DNA from: a virus
Lineage: Duplodnaviria > Caudoviricetes
Length of the DNA stretch: 62,651 nucleotides
Direction: 5' to 3' (one strand)
Virus record (IMG/VR): IMGVR_UViG_3300010396_000012
Location: 1 to 62,651 of that record
Below, piece after piece: positions 1-9,854 of the stretch (the first letter of the stretch is position 1; every line of letters begins with the position of its first letter). The notes beneath the pieces are model-generated. The model saw only the letters and a list, made by a program, of their open reading frames with translations. It was not told where the DNA came from and did not search any database. Both the position numbers and the translations under genes were made by a program.

Positions 1-123
1 ATCTCGGTAAGATTGCCCGCAGCTACGCCCGTGGGGAACAGGTAATTAATCCGCGCCCACCAGTACGGCGGATTGGGGCTGGCAGCAGGTACATACCCTG
101 ACGAGTTGTAGGTTAGCCAGCCC
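1..123. repeat. Exact terminal direct repeat, copy 1 (circular assembly overlap)
   Basis: 1-123 is identical to 62529-62651, and an ORF reads through the junction. Confidence 0.97.
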
Positions 124-464
124 GTGCCGCCACCTAACTCGCCCGCACTGACACTCGCCACATACGAGGTAAGTGTGGTGTCATTAACAGTAGGCGTCGT
201 ACTACCAGAACCTACAGCAACATTGTTGAATGTCGCACCACTGGAATCGAACGCGCCAAAGTGAGGCTGCGTATGAAAGTACCCCAACCCCAAGTTGGTA
301 ATAACATTATCCATCCAACCTGTTTCTTTCGTAACCGTGCCGGACTTCGCTTTGTGCACACGAAGTTTGTACAAACCCTTCATACGCACCATCGGAAGCA
401 TAACAATGCCGTGCCGATCACTAGGCATGATGATGTTACGATCCGGCGTGATTATACGTCCCAT
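1..464 (-). CDS. 5' part of a ~345-aa tail/virion structural protein spanning the circular junction (continues 62528 down to 61955)
   Basis: ATG at 464 overlaps the upstream TAA (TAATG). Hand translation MGRIITPDRN...ETGWMDNVITNLGL...GVAAGNLTEI continues in frame into GVY...LFSHALIVDAGGNPTTITVLSDE. The motifs resemble tail proteins of pilus-dependent phages. Confidence 0.85.
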   Translation of the reverse strand, partial: MGRIITPDRNIIMPSDRHGIVMLPMVRMKGLYKLRVHKAKSGTVTKETGWMDNVITNLGLGYFHTQPHFGAFDSSGATFNNVAVGSGSTTPTVNDTTLTSYVASVSAGELGGGTGWLTYNSSGYVPAASPNPPYWWARINYLFPTGVAAGNLTE

Positions 465-1405
465 TATGACACCGTTGCACTATTGATGGTGATATGGCTA
501 CGTAGGTAACTTTCCTTCCCGTAGCTGTAGTCTACTTCACTTCCGTAGAGTAACCCTTGCAAAATATAGCAGTTAGAACGCATGTACCCACTATCGTTTA
601 CCGTAAAACTGCCTTGCGTGCCGAACACGTTTGCCTGCAATGGGTAGACACCTTTAGCCGACATATATTGGTCAGTTACCGAAAAACTACCTTCGGAACC
701 ATACACAAGGGCTATGTTAACCCCCATCTTCGATTGCATATACCCATCAGTGACGAACGGCTGCGTAAGCGTCCATAGGTCTCCGAAACCGAAATTGGAT
801 TTTTGACCCGGCTTATTACGGTTAGGATTAGGCGCCATCCATTCCGAGCCTTCTACAGGATATGGCTGGCTCGTCAGATAGAAGTACGGGCCACCAATCA
901 ATGGTGCTCCATTACCTGCGACACTCAAACATCCTGCTGCTGGGTACCAATCGTCAAGGTGTAGCGTCGCGTCCGACAAACTAAAATATGCTTGCACGCC
1001 TCCTACTGTTTCGGCGTCTACCGCAGCGTAAGCAACTACCCATGCGGTGCCATTCTTCCCTATCGTGAGCGCACCCGCACCATCCGCGTAAAGATTAATA
1101 GGTGCCGGCGAAATATAATCTTCAATCTCCGCACGAGTCAGTCGGTACTTGACTGTAGCCCCTACCGGAAACGCCTGTGTACACGTCCCGTCTTGCGCAC
1201 GCGTTACATTAAGCCCCGAGTAGTCCATGTACACTTTGACTACTTCGATCAATCCACTCCATTCGATGGTGAGGTACGCCCAATCGCTAATACCTAATTG
1301 CTGTGCCAAATACGTCGCCAACCCCGCATCTACCGAAATGTCTTCGGCCGACTTCGATAGGGCTGTCTGTAGTGTGCCATCGGCAAGGTATAGACGTTTA
1401 AGCAC
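464..1405 (-). CDS. Tail appendage/structural protein with the shared N-terminal attachment domain and C-terminal ~25-aa repeats
   Basis: 313 aa; V.RAQDGT..QAFPVG motif, LTSQPYP motif, repeated YM.S...YGS/TE/QGSF units. Confidence 0.7.
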   Translation of the reverse strand: MLKRLYLADGTLQTALSKSAEDISVDAGLATYLAQQLGISDWAYLTIEWSGLIEVVKVYMDYSGLNVTRAQDGTCTQAFPVGATVKYRLTRAEIEDYISPAPINLYADGAGALTIGKNGTAWVVAYAAVDAETVGGVQAYFSLSDATLHLDDWYPAAGCLSVAGNGAPLIGGPYFYLTSQPYPVEGSEWMAPNPNRNKPGQKSNFGFGDLWTLTQPFVTDGYMQSKMGVNIALVYGSEGSFSVTDQYMSAKGVYPLQANVFGTQGSFTVNDSGYMRSNCYILQGLLYGSEVDYSYGKESYLRSHITINSATVS

Positions 1406-1886
1406 TGTTAATTACGGGAGCCGACAACACGAAGTTGGGGAACTCACCGCCCACCAAGATGTTGCTGGAAGCAGACGTAATCTGCACGGCCGGCGCGGAA
1501 ATCTGGTATTGATTGGTTCCTGTCTTTGTAACGGTAACAATACCGCTTCCTGTGATATTGATCTGACCCAGCGCTTTCTCACTAATCATGGCAGCGATAG
1601 CCGCGTCTCCCATACAGAACTCTACATCTGTTCCAACAGGGAACGCTTGTGCTGTCGTGCCATCCTGCGAGCGTGCTACGTTAATGGAGTTACCCACGAA
1701 GGACTCTGTGAGTAGAACTTCATACGTCGTTGTCGTCTTGACAATAAGATACGTGTAGTCAGCGCCATTGTTCAGTGCATAACGCAGGGTAGCCATTAGC
1801 TCGTCGTCAAGCACAATAGACGACGCCACCGTAGTAAGCGCTACAGCGAGAGACCCACTCTGCCCATAGAGAGTCTTAAATGCCAT
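1398..1886 (-). CDS. Virion structural protein with the shared N-terminal attachment domain
   Basis: Start refined to MAFKTLY (ATG 1886); VARSQDGTTAQAFPVG motif. Confidence 0.7.
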   Translation of the reverse strand: MAFKTLYGQSGSLAVALTTVASSIVLDDELMATLRYALNNGADYTYLIVKTTTTYEVLLTESFVGNSINVARSQDGTTAQAFPVGTDVEFCMGDAAIAAMISEKALGQINITGSGIVTVTKTGTNQYQISAPAVQITSASSNILVGGEFPNFVLSAPVINSA

Positions 1887-2241
1887 AATTCTGATCCGGT
1901 ACAAGCTCTACGCAAGGATTAGAGTAGATGAACTCCGCGCACTGTATCCACACTCCATTGTACTGTAGTGCGGCTACGAATCGTCCTTCCGGCTGCGAAA
2001 AGAGTTGTGAATCCATCACAAACGTAAACCGCTGCTGTTTGCTTACTTCCAGCGGAGTGTAATAAATAGGCGTCGTAGGTGGATTGAAGGGGTAATTAAT
2101 CTGCCCGCCACGCTTACGAGCGCGGTACACCATTAATTGCGTGGTGCCCACGTTGGTCTTATAGATAGACAGATCGACGTTCTGCACCGTAAAGTACAGG
2201 AAAGGATTCTGTTGGGTAATGGTCTGGTAGGGTAGACGCAT
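1876..2241 (-). CDS. Hypothetical virion protein
   Basis: 121 aa, translationally coupled within the structural operon. Confidence 0.65.
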   Translation of the reverse strand: MRLPYQTITQQNPFLYFTVQNVDLSIYKTNVGTTQLMVYRARKRGGQINYPFNPPTTPIYYTPLEVSKQQRFTFVMDSQLFSQPEGRFVAALQYNGVWIQCAEFIYSNPCVELVPDQNYGI

Positions 2242-2906
2242 TACAGAATCCTCGTGGGCTGGAAGTCCGCCGACTTCACCTTTCGATTTGTGCCCGCCAG
2301 CGCACGCCCGTTCAATACGGCTCGCTCGTACTGCCGATCAAACGTGCGTGACAGCGATTCATTCGTCCACGGCTTATTGGGGATCAGGAGCGCGTCCGCC
2401 ACTACACCCCGGCCCCACGCCTGCCCGAAGGGCACCACGAGGCTTGCCGGGGCTTGCATGACCGTTTCCAGCGGCAGGAGCATCACCAGCACCTTGATAC
2501 CGCACGGACGATCCACGGACGGCGTGCAGCGCAGCCGGATAATGTTGTTGTCGATGACATCGTACGCGATAGGCTGGCGGAAGTGGCCGTAGCCTTCCCC
2601 ATACCAGTACCACGGATTCGGAGAGTGCGGTTCTTCCATACCCATGATGGCGTGGATATGGTAACCATCAGGTGCTTCTAGCTGATAGTCGCGTACGCCT
2701 GACTGATAAGGAATCTTTACTTCCGTCTGTAGCAGACGTGTGCGTCGAGCAAAGTCAGTGTATTTCTGACGGAGCATATCCAACGCCATCGAGTGCGGAA
2801 GTTCCGGTACGATAGGCATGATATGCCGCAGCAACGGAGTGAGAGGTTCAAGGTCTTCAAACCCCTCATAGACTGCACTAGCGACACTGATATTAGGCAC
2901 GGTCAT
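2241..2906 (-). CDS. Putative head-tail adaptor/connector protein
   Basis: 221 aa; position after capsid genes; GVVADALLIPNKPWTN-type C-terminus typical of podoviral adaptors. Confidence 0.55.
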   Translation of the reverse strand: MTVPNISVASAVYEGFEDLEPLTPLLRHIMPIVPELPHSMALDMLRQKYTDFARRTRLLQTEVKIPYQSGVRDYQLEAPDGYHIHAIMGMEEPHSPNPWYWYGEGYGHFRQPIAYDVIDNNIIRLRCTPSVDRPCGIKVLVMLLPLETVMQAPASLVVPFGQAWGRGVVADALLIPNKPWTNESLSRTFDRQYERAVLNGRALAGTNRKVKSADFQPTRIL

Positions 2907-3607
2907 TGCGGTCGCGGCTCCCCTGTACCCGGCAACCCAGCGTAGTACCCACTACGGAACTGCGCGTACCGCTTATAGTTCACGCCCAGCACTTGGTAGA
3001 ACCGGGTAAACAGTTCGAGACTATGCTGCTTGGCACTCGTGGATTCTGTGTCAATTTCATACGCTTTGGCAAGCATGAAATCAATCACATTATTGATATA
3101 GTTGCTGTTTACTTCCAGCGTGCTATCCCAGTCGGTCAACGCGTATTTCGGCGTCTGTCCCTGTACGATAACATGCACACTCGCCGTCACCCCATAGGGT
3201 ACAGGCGGGTCAACAGTGAACACTTTCGCGTTATTCTTATTTACGTAATACGTGCGGACAACATACTGCGGAGCGCCATTCTTAAATGGCACATCTGGTG
3301 GAGCAGCATCATACTGCGCAAACGCGTCCGCCATGGATTCGTCCATGGTGGTTACACGCGGGCCACCTACATTCGAGTAAATCGCTTGAATGTCGGTCTT
3401 CCAGTCGATGGTTTGCAAGCTTCCCGGTTGCAGTGCAACGACCACATGCTTAGCGAATGCTTCTGGACGATACGTTCCAATTTCGGCTAAGCCGAGATTC
3501 ATGTAGTCCAAAAGCAAACCGCGCCCCCAACGAGTGAAGGCGCGGCCATAGCGTTGATCGTTAAGCTGCGAGGAAACGTGCGTGACGTAATCACCAACAG
3601 TCTGCAC
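2903..3607 (-). CDS. Putative head-tail adaptor (tail tubular protein A-like)
   Basis: 234 aa; LND...RW...LLDYMN..L.EI..RP N-terminus and FMLAKAYEID motif; GGAG RBS. Confidence 0.6.
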   Translation of the reverse strand: MQTVGDYVTHVSSQLNDQRYGRAFTRWGRGLLLDYMNLGLAEIGTYRPEAFAKHVVVALQPGSLQTIDWKTDIQAIYSNVGGPRVTTMDESMADAFAQYDAAPPDVPFKNGAPQYVVRTYYVNKNNAKVFTVDPPVPYGVTASVHVIVQGQTPKYALTDWDSTLEVNSNYINNVIDFMLAKAYEIDTESTSAKQHSLELFTRFYQVLGVNYKRYAQFRSGYYAGLPGTGEPRPQ

Positions 3608-3620
3608 GGTTTCTCACTCC

Positions 3621-3785
3621 TTATGCCGATGGCGCTTCCTGTTCCAGAGTTGTACCGTCGGTATGCTCTACCTGATTCGGGACACACGGCTCGAAGTTTT
3701 TATCCGCTGCGAGATACCGCTCGTAGGGATATATGTTTCCGTTCCGCATGTCCCGAAGATACACCTTTCCTTCTTCGTAGGCCAT
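3621..3785 (-). CDS. Small hypothetical protein (54 aa, MAYEEGKVYLRDMRNGNIYPYE...), absent from the ORF track
   Basis: Hand-translated; fills the gap between two structural genes; AGGTG RBS-like sequence upstream. Confidence 0.65.
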   Translation of the reverse strand: MAYEEGKVYLRDMRNGNIYPYERYLAADKNFEPCVPNQVEHTDGTTLEQEAPSA

Positions 3786-3795
3786 GAATCACCTA

Positions 3796-4407
3796 TTAGA
3801 AGTTGGTGGCCGGGAACTCTGCCGGGGAGACGATGACCGCAGACACGTTCAGGCGAAGGTTGCCGAAGCCCGCCAGCGAAGCCGTTGCCAGCGTTGCCAG
3901 CGTAACCTGCACCATGTCCGGCTGCGTGCCGATCCACTCGGCCGTTGCCAGCGACAGCACGGAACCACCAGTACCGTTACTCCACGGCCCATTCGGTGCC
4001 GAGAAGTTGGCTGACTTGGTAGTCGCGTCCACAGCTACGGCTGCACCAGTCGTGTCGCCGATGATGATACCACCGGCCGTGCCGAACTTCAAGGTGTTGG
4101 CCGTGCCGCTGTCATTGACAGCTTCGACTTCCACGTAGCAGCCCAGCAGCAGCACCTTCGGCGGAATCAGGATGATGTTCAGGATGTCCGCCGCTGCCAC
4201 CGCATTCTTCGTGAAGTAATTACGCAGCGCGTAATCATTCTTGAAGTCGAGGGTACGGCGAAGTACGTTGAACCCAACTCCGCCATGCACAGACGCGTCG
4301 ATCTGTGCAAGCGCCGGGTCAGACGCACTGAACGGATACGCCGGCCACTGCGTACGCGCGAGGGTCGAGTTGGCGGGGCCGCCGTCGTAAAGCTGGTGAG
4401 TCGTCAT
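3796..4407 (-). CDS. Putative capsid decoration/minor head protein
   Basis: 203 aa, A/T/G-rich, directly after the major capsid gene, strong AGGAG RBS. Confidence 0.55.
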   Translation of the reverse strand: MTTHQLYDGGPANSTLARTQWPAYPFSASDPALAQIDASVHGGVGFNVLRRTLDFKNDYALRNYFTKNAVAAADILNIILIPPKVLLLGCYVEVEAVNDSGTANTLKFGTAGGIIIGDTTGAAVAVDATTKSANFSAPNGPWSNGTGGSVLSLATAEWIGTQPDMVQVTLATLATASLAGFGNLRLNVSAVIVSPAEFPATNF

Positions 4408-4450
4408 TGCTTGTTGCTCCTAGTGCGCTGTATTCGGTGCTTGTACCTTC

Positions 4451-4480
4451 AAACCCTCTAGGTCTTCAACCCTAGAGGGT
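4451..4480 (-). terminator. Intrinsic terminator downstream of the major capsid gene
   Basis: ACCCTCTAGG-8 nt-CCTAGAGGGT stem followed by a short T run on the minus strand. Confidence 0.65.
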
Positions 4481-4488
4481 ACCGTGCA

Positions 4489-5433
4489 TTACGGAGTGAA
4501 GGTGGTCGAGAAGTAGCAGTACAGATGCGCCAACGCATCCGAGTACAGCACCTTGAAACCATAGACAGACAGACCCTGATAGTAGTTCGCCCAGTCATCC
4601 TTGTCCGTGACGACACGGCTGTCTTCGATCTGCGCCGCGAAGGCGGTAGCCATCTTCACGCCGGCCACGACATGGAAGCAACGGTTCGCACCATCCATCA
4701 CCGAAGGCACGTTCTGGCTTTCGAGGATGGTGAAACCGGCCACTTCATTCGGCACCTTGCCGTTCAAGCTCGGCGTGGTGTTCAGCGCGGTAGCGTAAGC
4801 CAGACGCAGTTCGGATGCCTTGAGGCAAGTCAGACCTGCACTCGGCATCACGATAAACCGGCCATCGCGAGGCGCCAGCGCTTCGTCCAACACCTGATGC
4901 ACCTGCGACAGGATGAAGACGACGTTCTGGTTGGTAACCTGTACCGGCGTACCCGTGACGCCGAGGTTGATGTTCTTGGACACCAAACCTGCAGTCGCGC
5001 CCTGATTGTAGCTGGACACGTTCGTCCACATCGCGGTGAGCAACTGCGGGTCGATGGCACGAGTCAACTCGTAGCCAGCCGACTTGAGGAAGCCAGCCTT
5101 CCACGCATCGAAGTTCTGAATCTGGCGTTCGTCGATATGATTCATCTTGATCGAGAACGTCTTGGCGTAGTCGATGGTCATCGTGACCGGCTCGCCGTCG
5201 ATGGTGTCGTGCTGAATCTTGCCATTCTTGTCGTAGTCGCGAACGATCACCTTCGGTTCACGCATGAAGGTAATCTGATCGCCACCTTTCTGCAGGTCAC
5301 CCGTGTACTCGGTCGTGGAAATGTCCGAGTAGACAGTGGTGGTGTAGAAGCGCTCCAACAGTTCCATGCGGAACAGGGGGGTAATAAGGCTGTTGCTGTA
5401 CTGCGGGTAGCCCGATGCGGCATTGACGGCCAT
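4489..5433 (-). CDS. Major capsid protein
   Basis: 314 aa; follows the scaffold; strong codon bias; EYTGDL..GGD.I and YYQGLSVYGFKVL motifs typical of podoviral coat proteins. Confidence 0.85.
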   Translation of the reverse strand: MAVNAASGYPQYSNSLITPLFRMELLERFYTTTVYSDISTTEYTGDLQKGGDQITFMREPKVIVRDYDKNGKIQHDTIDGEPVTMTIDYAKTFSIKMNHIDERQIQNFDAWKAGFLKSAGYELTRAIDPQLLTAMWTNVSSYNQGATAGLVSKNINLGVTGTPVQVTNQNVVFILSQVHQVLDEALAPRDGRFIVMPSAGLTCLKASELRLAYATALNTTPSLNGKVPNEVAGFTILESQNVPSVMDGANRCFHVVAGVKMATAFAAQIEDSRVVTDKDDWANYYQGLSVYGFKVLYSDALAHLYCYFSTTFTP

Positions 5434-5474
5434 GTTGTCTTGCTCCTAGTTACGTCCTAGTTGTTTACGCCGTA

Positions 5475-6449
5475 TCAGGCGTTGTAGTCCAAACGACCTT
5501 CTTTCTCTGCCTTTTCGTAGGCGTCGCGAATCCGCTGGTACTCGGAATCCGAAATCTGTTTGTTGATCCACTGCTTGTGCGCTTCCTTACGCTTGCTGAA
5601 TGGCAGCATTTCCGGTTCGTCGTTACCTTCCGGTACTCGGCTACCACCACCTGAAAGTCCGCCTTCATAGCCAGTCGAGGATGGCCGTTCGCCGATCCCA
5701 TACTTTTTGGCGAAGTCTTTGAAGACACGAACTACCACTTCGACCTTGCGGTTCTGCAGTCCGCCACGAATCACGTCCGCGTACAGATAGCCAGTGTTCG
5801 GGTCTTCCGATTCTGCGAATGCCACCCAGTGCTGATGGTTCACGACATCATCGAAATTGATCTTGTCGCCGGCCAACTTCTGGCGCACCTGATCGTTGAA
5901 GTCGCGTCCTTCGATCTGCTCCGTATGCTTCACGGTCTTGGTGACGGCCTGCTCAATCTCAGTGAGCTTACCCTTCACCCCCTTTAGTCCGGCGAGAGCC
6001 TTCGGCAGCACCTTGTTCAGCGTGTCGATGACGACCTTTTCCACAAACTCACGGCTTTCGCCGTAGTCTCGCTGCTCGTCTTCGGTAAACTGCACTTGGC
6101 TCGGCTGCCAGTCCTCGTCGTTCGCGGGCGGCGCGTCGTTGCCTTGACCCTGACCACTACCCTTAGAGGCGTTTTCAAGCGCTGTCAAGCGGGCCTCAAG
6201 CGCTTCCTTGTCCATTTCCAAGGACTCGACCCGGCCTTCCGCCGCGCGCACGCGGCCAGCCGCCGCCTGCAACTCGTTGAACTCGCCACGCGTCACGGTC
6301 ACACTTTCACCCTGCACACGGTCTTCTGCCGACGGTACGGGAGTAAGCGCCGGAGTAGGTGCTGCTGGGGCTTGTGCCGGCGGAGCATCACCTTTGTCGG
6401 CGGCGCTAAGGGCATCGAGACGAGCTTGCTGTGCGGCAGGAAGGGCCAT
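5475..6449 (-). CDS. Putative scaffolding protein
   Basis: 324 aa, acidic/coiled-coil, immediately upstream of the capsid gene, ends AEKEGRL. Confidence 0.7.
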   Translation of the reverse strand: MALPAAQQARLDALSAADKGDAPPAQAPAAPTPALTPVPSAEDRVQGESVTVTRGEFNELQAAAGRVRAAEGRVESLEMDKEALEARLTALENASKGSGQGQGNDAPPANDEDWQPSQVQFTEDEQRDYGESREFVEKVVIDTLNKVLPKALAGLKGVKGKLTEIEQAVTKTVKHTEQIEGRDFNDQVRQKLAGDKINFDDVVNHQHWVAFAESEDPNTGYLYADVIRGGLQNRKVEVVVRVFKDFAKKYGIGERPSSTGYEGGLSGGGSRVPEGNDEPEMLPFSKRKEAHKQWINKQISDSEYQRIRDAYEKAEKEGRLDYNA

Positions 6450-6451
6450 GG

Positions 6452-6658
6452 TTACGGTTCTCGTGAAAGTTGAATGAACTTGATAAGGTCTTGCAGTTCA
6501 AGTGCTCGACCTTGCACTTGTCGGTACGTGGCTTCGTTAGCTACCACGAGTTGGGACTTCACAGAAGCTAGGCGAGCCTCAAGGTACGCCACGGTTGCCC
6601 GGTTCGTGCCCCCCGAGGACATCGCCCGCTTCATGTCTGTTTCGACATTAGCATCCAT
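6452..6658 (-). CDS. Small hypothetical head-morphogenesis protein
   Basis: 68 aa helical, RQVQGRALEL motif, between portal and scaffold. Confidence 0.65.
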   Translation of the reverse strand: MDANVETDMKRAMSSGGTNRATVAYLEARLASVKSQLVVANEATYRQVQGRALELQDLIKFIQLSREP

Positions 6659-6660
6659 GC

Positions 6661-6966
6661 TTAGTCGCTCGTTGTAAAGCCCGCTCGGTTCTTGGCCGGC
6701 TGCGGAGTCTTCACACCCTTCAAACCGAAGCCCACCTTCTGGCCGCTCGGCGCGTTGCCATTGGTACGCACGGGCGCATTCTTCGGGTTGGCAATCGTCT
6801 GTTTCATCGCCAGTTTACCCGGCTTGACGTTGCTGGTCTCCGGCTTGTAGCTGCTGCCGAAACTGACCGTACCCTGCGCGCCGGGGTTGTACACCATCGC
6901 GTTCGCCTTTGCCGATGCCTTGCTGCCCATCGTGTTGGCGGTATTGACGTTCTTTGCCATCTTCAT
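6661..6966 (-). CDS. Basic low-complexity hypothetical protein
   Basis: K/N/A-rich ~100 aa, coupled to the portal stop; the start may be 6960. Confidence 0.6.
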   Translation of the reverse strand: MKMAKNVNTANTMGSKASAKANAMVYNPGAQGTVSFGSSYKPETSNVKPGKLAMKQTIANPKNAPVRTNGNAPSGQKVGFGLKGVKTPQPAKNRAGFTTSD

Positions 6967-8993
6967 GCTCCTGCGCCAGCGACTTGTGGCGGTTGTGGGA
7001 TCGGTTGCATCTGCGGGTTGGGAGGCGGCGTACTCTGTGGCGGCAGTGCAACAGGGTTAGACGTTCCCCGCTGCATCGACTGTGCTTGGCTACCTACGGC
7101 TTGTCCACCAAGCAGCGATGTGAGGTCTTGTACCGTGCTGGCTTGATCCGGGTCGGGGATGATCTTGTCCACGGGCAAACCCGTGTTCTGCAGGACTGCC
7201 CGAAGGATGTAGTCCAAAGCTGTCTTGTCGATGGCCTGCATCTGTACGTAAGGCGTCAACAACTGCAGGATGGAGATAGTATTACTCTGAGCAAGCTCAC
7301 GTTGCAAGAGGCCCGTCGCACCGCGCGCTACGATCTTGGCATCTGCCTTGATACCCATATCCGGCGACACGACCATATTGTAGTAGTACATCGCCGAAAC
7401 TATTGGCGCAATGACATCACGGTCGATGTTCAACTGGACATTCTTGATACCTTTCGCTGCGTTACCCATCAGCATCGAAAGTCCGCCCAACGTACGACCT
7501 GCGCCTGCTACATCTGGATTACCCAGCACATAAGCAGGTACGCCTGAGAGGTCATCGGCCATCTTGTTGAAGCGGTCGAACACATTCATCAAGTCCGGTG
7601 CTACGGAAGCCACATTATGGAACTTGAATGCTGGCGCACCCGTGCCAGTGATGTCCGGGCCTACTCGGAAAATCTTATATGGTTTGACATCAGTTTCATC
7701 GTCGTTGTCTGCTAGACGATCACCAACGACTTCACCGATAGGGCCACTTGAGTAGCCCATATTCTTCACCGTAGCGCGTGCAGCAGCGTTACACACACGC
7801 TGCACATCATACACTACGTCGATAACCGACTGACCCCAAATGGAGTTGTTGACCTTCACAAAGCTAGTTGCAAAAATCGGTCGATGCCCCATTGGGTTCG
7901 GATTTAGTACCGCACGAATGCAGTAAGCACCGATCACCCACACTTCGGCTTCGTAGAACTTCTGTGGGTCTTCGACCATCACATTGTTCTCGATAAGATA
8001 CTTCCCTTCGATCTTACCGTTGTAGATAACCATTTCGAGTTCGCGCTTCATCTGCATAGTAGCGCGACGATCTTCAAGGTACCGTCGAGTGGAGTCTTCC
8101 ATCTTGTGCGGCTTGAATCCTTCGCGGTATTCGCGAAGTATCTGACGGATGTTCCCTTCGTTGAACGTGGGAACGCCAATCAGTTCGTGCACTTCGGAGT
8201 GTGTCCACTCCTTACCTTCGATAAAATACTCCGCACCATTGATGCTTGTGGCATTCGGTGAAGGGTAAGCATCGAAAGGAGACACGATCCGAACTTTAGG
8301 TACCGTCTTCTGCTTTACTTCAAACTTGTTTCCGTCCCACTCGGCTTGAGGAAGATTGCACTCAATCGGCCCACGGATGAACGCGGTAGGAAAGACAGTC
8401 AAGTTGTCGATGAAGTTTGCATAGGTATCAATCCAGTCACCTTCCGTCAACTGGTCATTGATACGCGTCTCCATACGTTTCGTGGCGTCCTGTGCCTGCT
8501 TCATATTGATCGCCTGCAGGGCAGACTTCACCTGCATGGCACGATCTTTCAAAGCATCCGCTGTGTTGAAGCTGGGTAGCTCCTGCAGCAAGACATTGAT
8601 CGCTTGCTCCATCAAGCTTTCCGGAAGCTCGGGTTCCGGAGTCGGGTCGATAGTCCACGGCTTGTCGATGTTGTTCATCACAATATCGACCAACCAAGAC
8701 GCAGCAGCACGCGCCTTTAGCGCGCATAGACCGATATAGATATTGTTGTGCGGCCCGAGTAGAGCTTCCTCGTCCGGTAAATACTTGCAGCGCTTAGCAT
8801 ACAAGTTACGCAGCAGGCGGTCAGTGATTCCCACGTTCTGACGATTCTGTTTCGCAAACATATACTGGCGCTGTACGTAGCTCGCCAGATTATCTTCGAG
8901 TTTGGTATTGCTAAGTTCCCCGAGTCCGAAATCCCCTAGTTCGGGGGTATCGACTCCTTCCAAGCTCGGGTCAGTGTTGGCTGTACTTGGCAT
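6963..8993 (-). CDS. Portal protein
   Basis: 676 aa downstream of terminase/lysis; VSPFDAYP, ADDLSGVP and RTLGGLSMLMGNA motifs typical of podoviral portals. Confidence 0.85.
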   Translation of the reverse strand: MPSTANTDPSLEGVDTPELGDFGLGELSNTKLEDNLASYVQRQYMFAKQNRQNVGITDRLLRNLYAKRCKYLPDEEALLGPHNNIYIGLCALKARAAASWLVDIVMNNIDKPWTIDPTPEPELPESLMEQAINVLLQELPSFNTADALKDRAMQVKSALQAINMKQAQDATKRMETRINDQLTEGDWIDTYANFIDNLTVFPTAFIRGPIECNLPQAEWDGNKFEVKQKTVPKVRIVSPFDAYPSPNATSINGAEYFIEGKEWTHSEVHELIGVPTFNEGNIRQILREYREGFKPHKMEDSTRRYLEDRRATMQMKRELEMVIYNGKIEGKYLIENNVMVEDPQKFYEAEVWVIGAYCIRAVLNPNPMGHRPIFATSFVKVNNSIWGQSVIDVVYDVQRVCNAAARATVKNMGYSSGPIGEVVGDRLADNDDETDVKPYKIFRVGPDITGTGAPAFKFHNVASVAPDLMNVFDRFNKMADDLSGVPAYVLGNPDVAGAGRTLGGLSMLMGNAAKGIKNVQLNIDRDVIAPIVSAMYYYNMVVSPDMGIKADAKIVARGATGLLQRELAQSNTISILQLLTPYVQMQAIDKTALDYILRAVLQNTGLPVDKIIPDPDQASTVQDLTSLLGGQAVGSQAQSMQRGTSNPVALPPQSTPPPNPQMQPIPQPPQVAGAGA

Positions 8994-9525
8994 TGTATGC
9001 TGCTCGTTCTGCGTTAATTACGTCCTGCAGCGCAGTTATTTTGGCGTCGAGCAATTGCTCCCGCTTATCGGCTTCATCACCCACTCGAACAACAGCGATT
9101 GCAGTTTGCACGCGGTCTTCAAGGGCTTGGGTGGCGGCTGCATCAGCGGCGCGGGAAGCGACGGTAGCTGCGCTCCCTGCACTACCACTGGGGCAGGTTT
9201 CGGCGGCTGTGTTGCGCAACTTGAGAGCGCCAGCAGACATACTAGCAGAAATAGAGTCGGAAACGCTAGGAGTTTGCGCATCACGGATAGCCTCGTACTT
9301 GGCATTAGCGTCGGCAACCTGTTTCTTGAGGTCGTCCGTCTTTAACTTGTTGTCGGCAACTACTTTCGCTGCAGCCGCCTTATCGACCTGCACCTGTAGG
9401 TTGTACTTCGCTTCTAGCGCTACTTTGCCAGAGTGACCCCACTCGTACCCCAAAATAACAACGCCGCCCGTGTATAGGGCGGCAAAGAGGATACCTGCAA
9501 TGAGCAGGATAATGTCTTTCTTCAC
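8971..9525 (-). CDS. i-spanin (Rz-like)
   Basis: N-terminal TM helix followed by an Ala-rich coiled coil; hosts an embedded lipoprotein ORF. Confidence 0.85.
   Translation of the reverse strand: MKKDIILLIAGILFAALYTGGVVILGYEWGHSGKVALEAKYNLQVQVDKAAAAKVVADNKLKTDDLKKQVADANAKYEAIRDAQTPSVSDSISASMSAGALKLRNTAAETCPSGSAGSAATVASRAADAAATQALEDRVQTAIAVVRVGDEADKREQLLDAKITALQDVINAERAAYNAKYSQH
9036..9281 (-). CDS. o-spanin (Rz1-like lipoprotein), embedded in Rz
   Basis: MRKLLAFPTLFLLVCLLALSS-C lipobox; Pro-rich mature part with further Cys; different frame inside Rz. Confidence 0.88.
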   Translation of the reverse strand: MRKLLAFPTLFLLVCLLALSSCATQPPKPAPVVVQGAQLPSLPAPLMQPPPKPLKTACKLQSLLFEWVMKPISGSNCSTPK

Positions 9526-9854
9526 GACGGCGTACTCGGCGGATTCGATGCCTTCACGGCAACTTCCAGTCGCTGTACCTGCTGCGTCAGTGCTGCGACT
9601 TGGTTCTTCAACTGGTTAATGGTGTCGAACGCAGCGTCTCGATCCTTCATGTATTGGTCAGCACGAGCGCGTTCTGTGTTGAGCTGATCCGTCAACATCC
9701 GGATCACGTCAAGCTGTGCATTCGTTCCCGCTTGCCCCAACTTGCTCGAACTGAACCACTTCCAGAAAGCTATACCTGCTGTACCTACTGCACCACCCGC
9801 AGCGACGAACCATCCGATAAGGTTGTTATCCGGTGGAGGAAGTGCTGCTGCCAT
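9522..9854 (-). CDS. Putative holin (single TM plus coiled coil)
   Basis: Start refined to MAAALPP (9854); TM LIGWFVAAGGAVGTAGIAFW; lies between endolysin and spanins. Confidence 0.55.
   Translation of the reverse strand: MAAALPPPDNNLIGWFVAAGGAVGTAGIAFWKWFSSSKLGQAGTNAQLDVIRMLTDQLNTERARADQYMKDRDAAFDTINQLKNQVAALTQQVQRLEVAVKASNPPSTPS

Noticed and set aside
1-123. Terminal repeat as the biological DTR
   Set aside because: It falls in the middle of a tail gene that reads through the junction, so it is best explained as assembler overlap; true ends are more likely near 12.5-14.5 kb
4408-5450. Shared ACTAGGAGCAA upstream of the capsid and decoration genes as a late promoter
   Set aside because: It coincides with the Shine-Dalgarno and is adequately explained as a strong RBS
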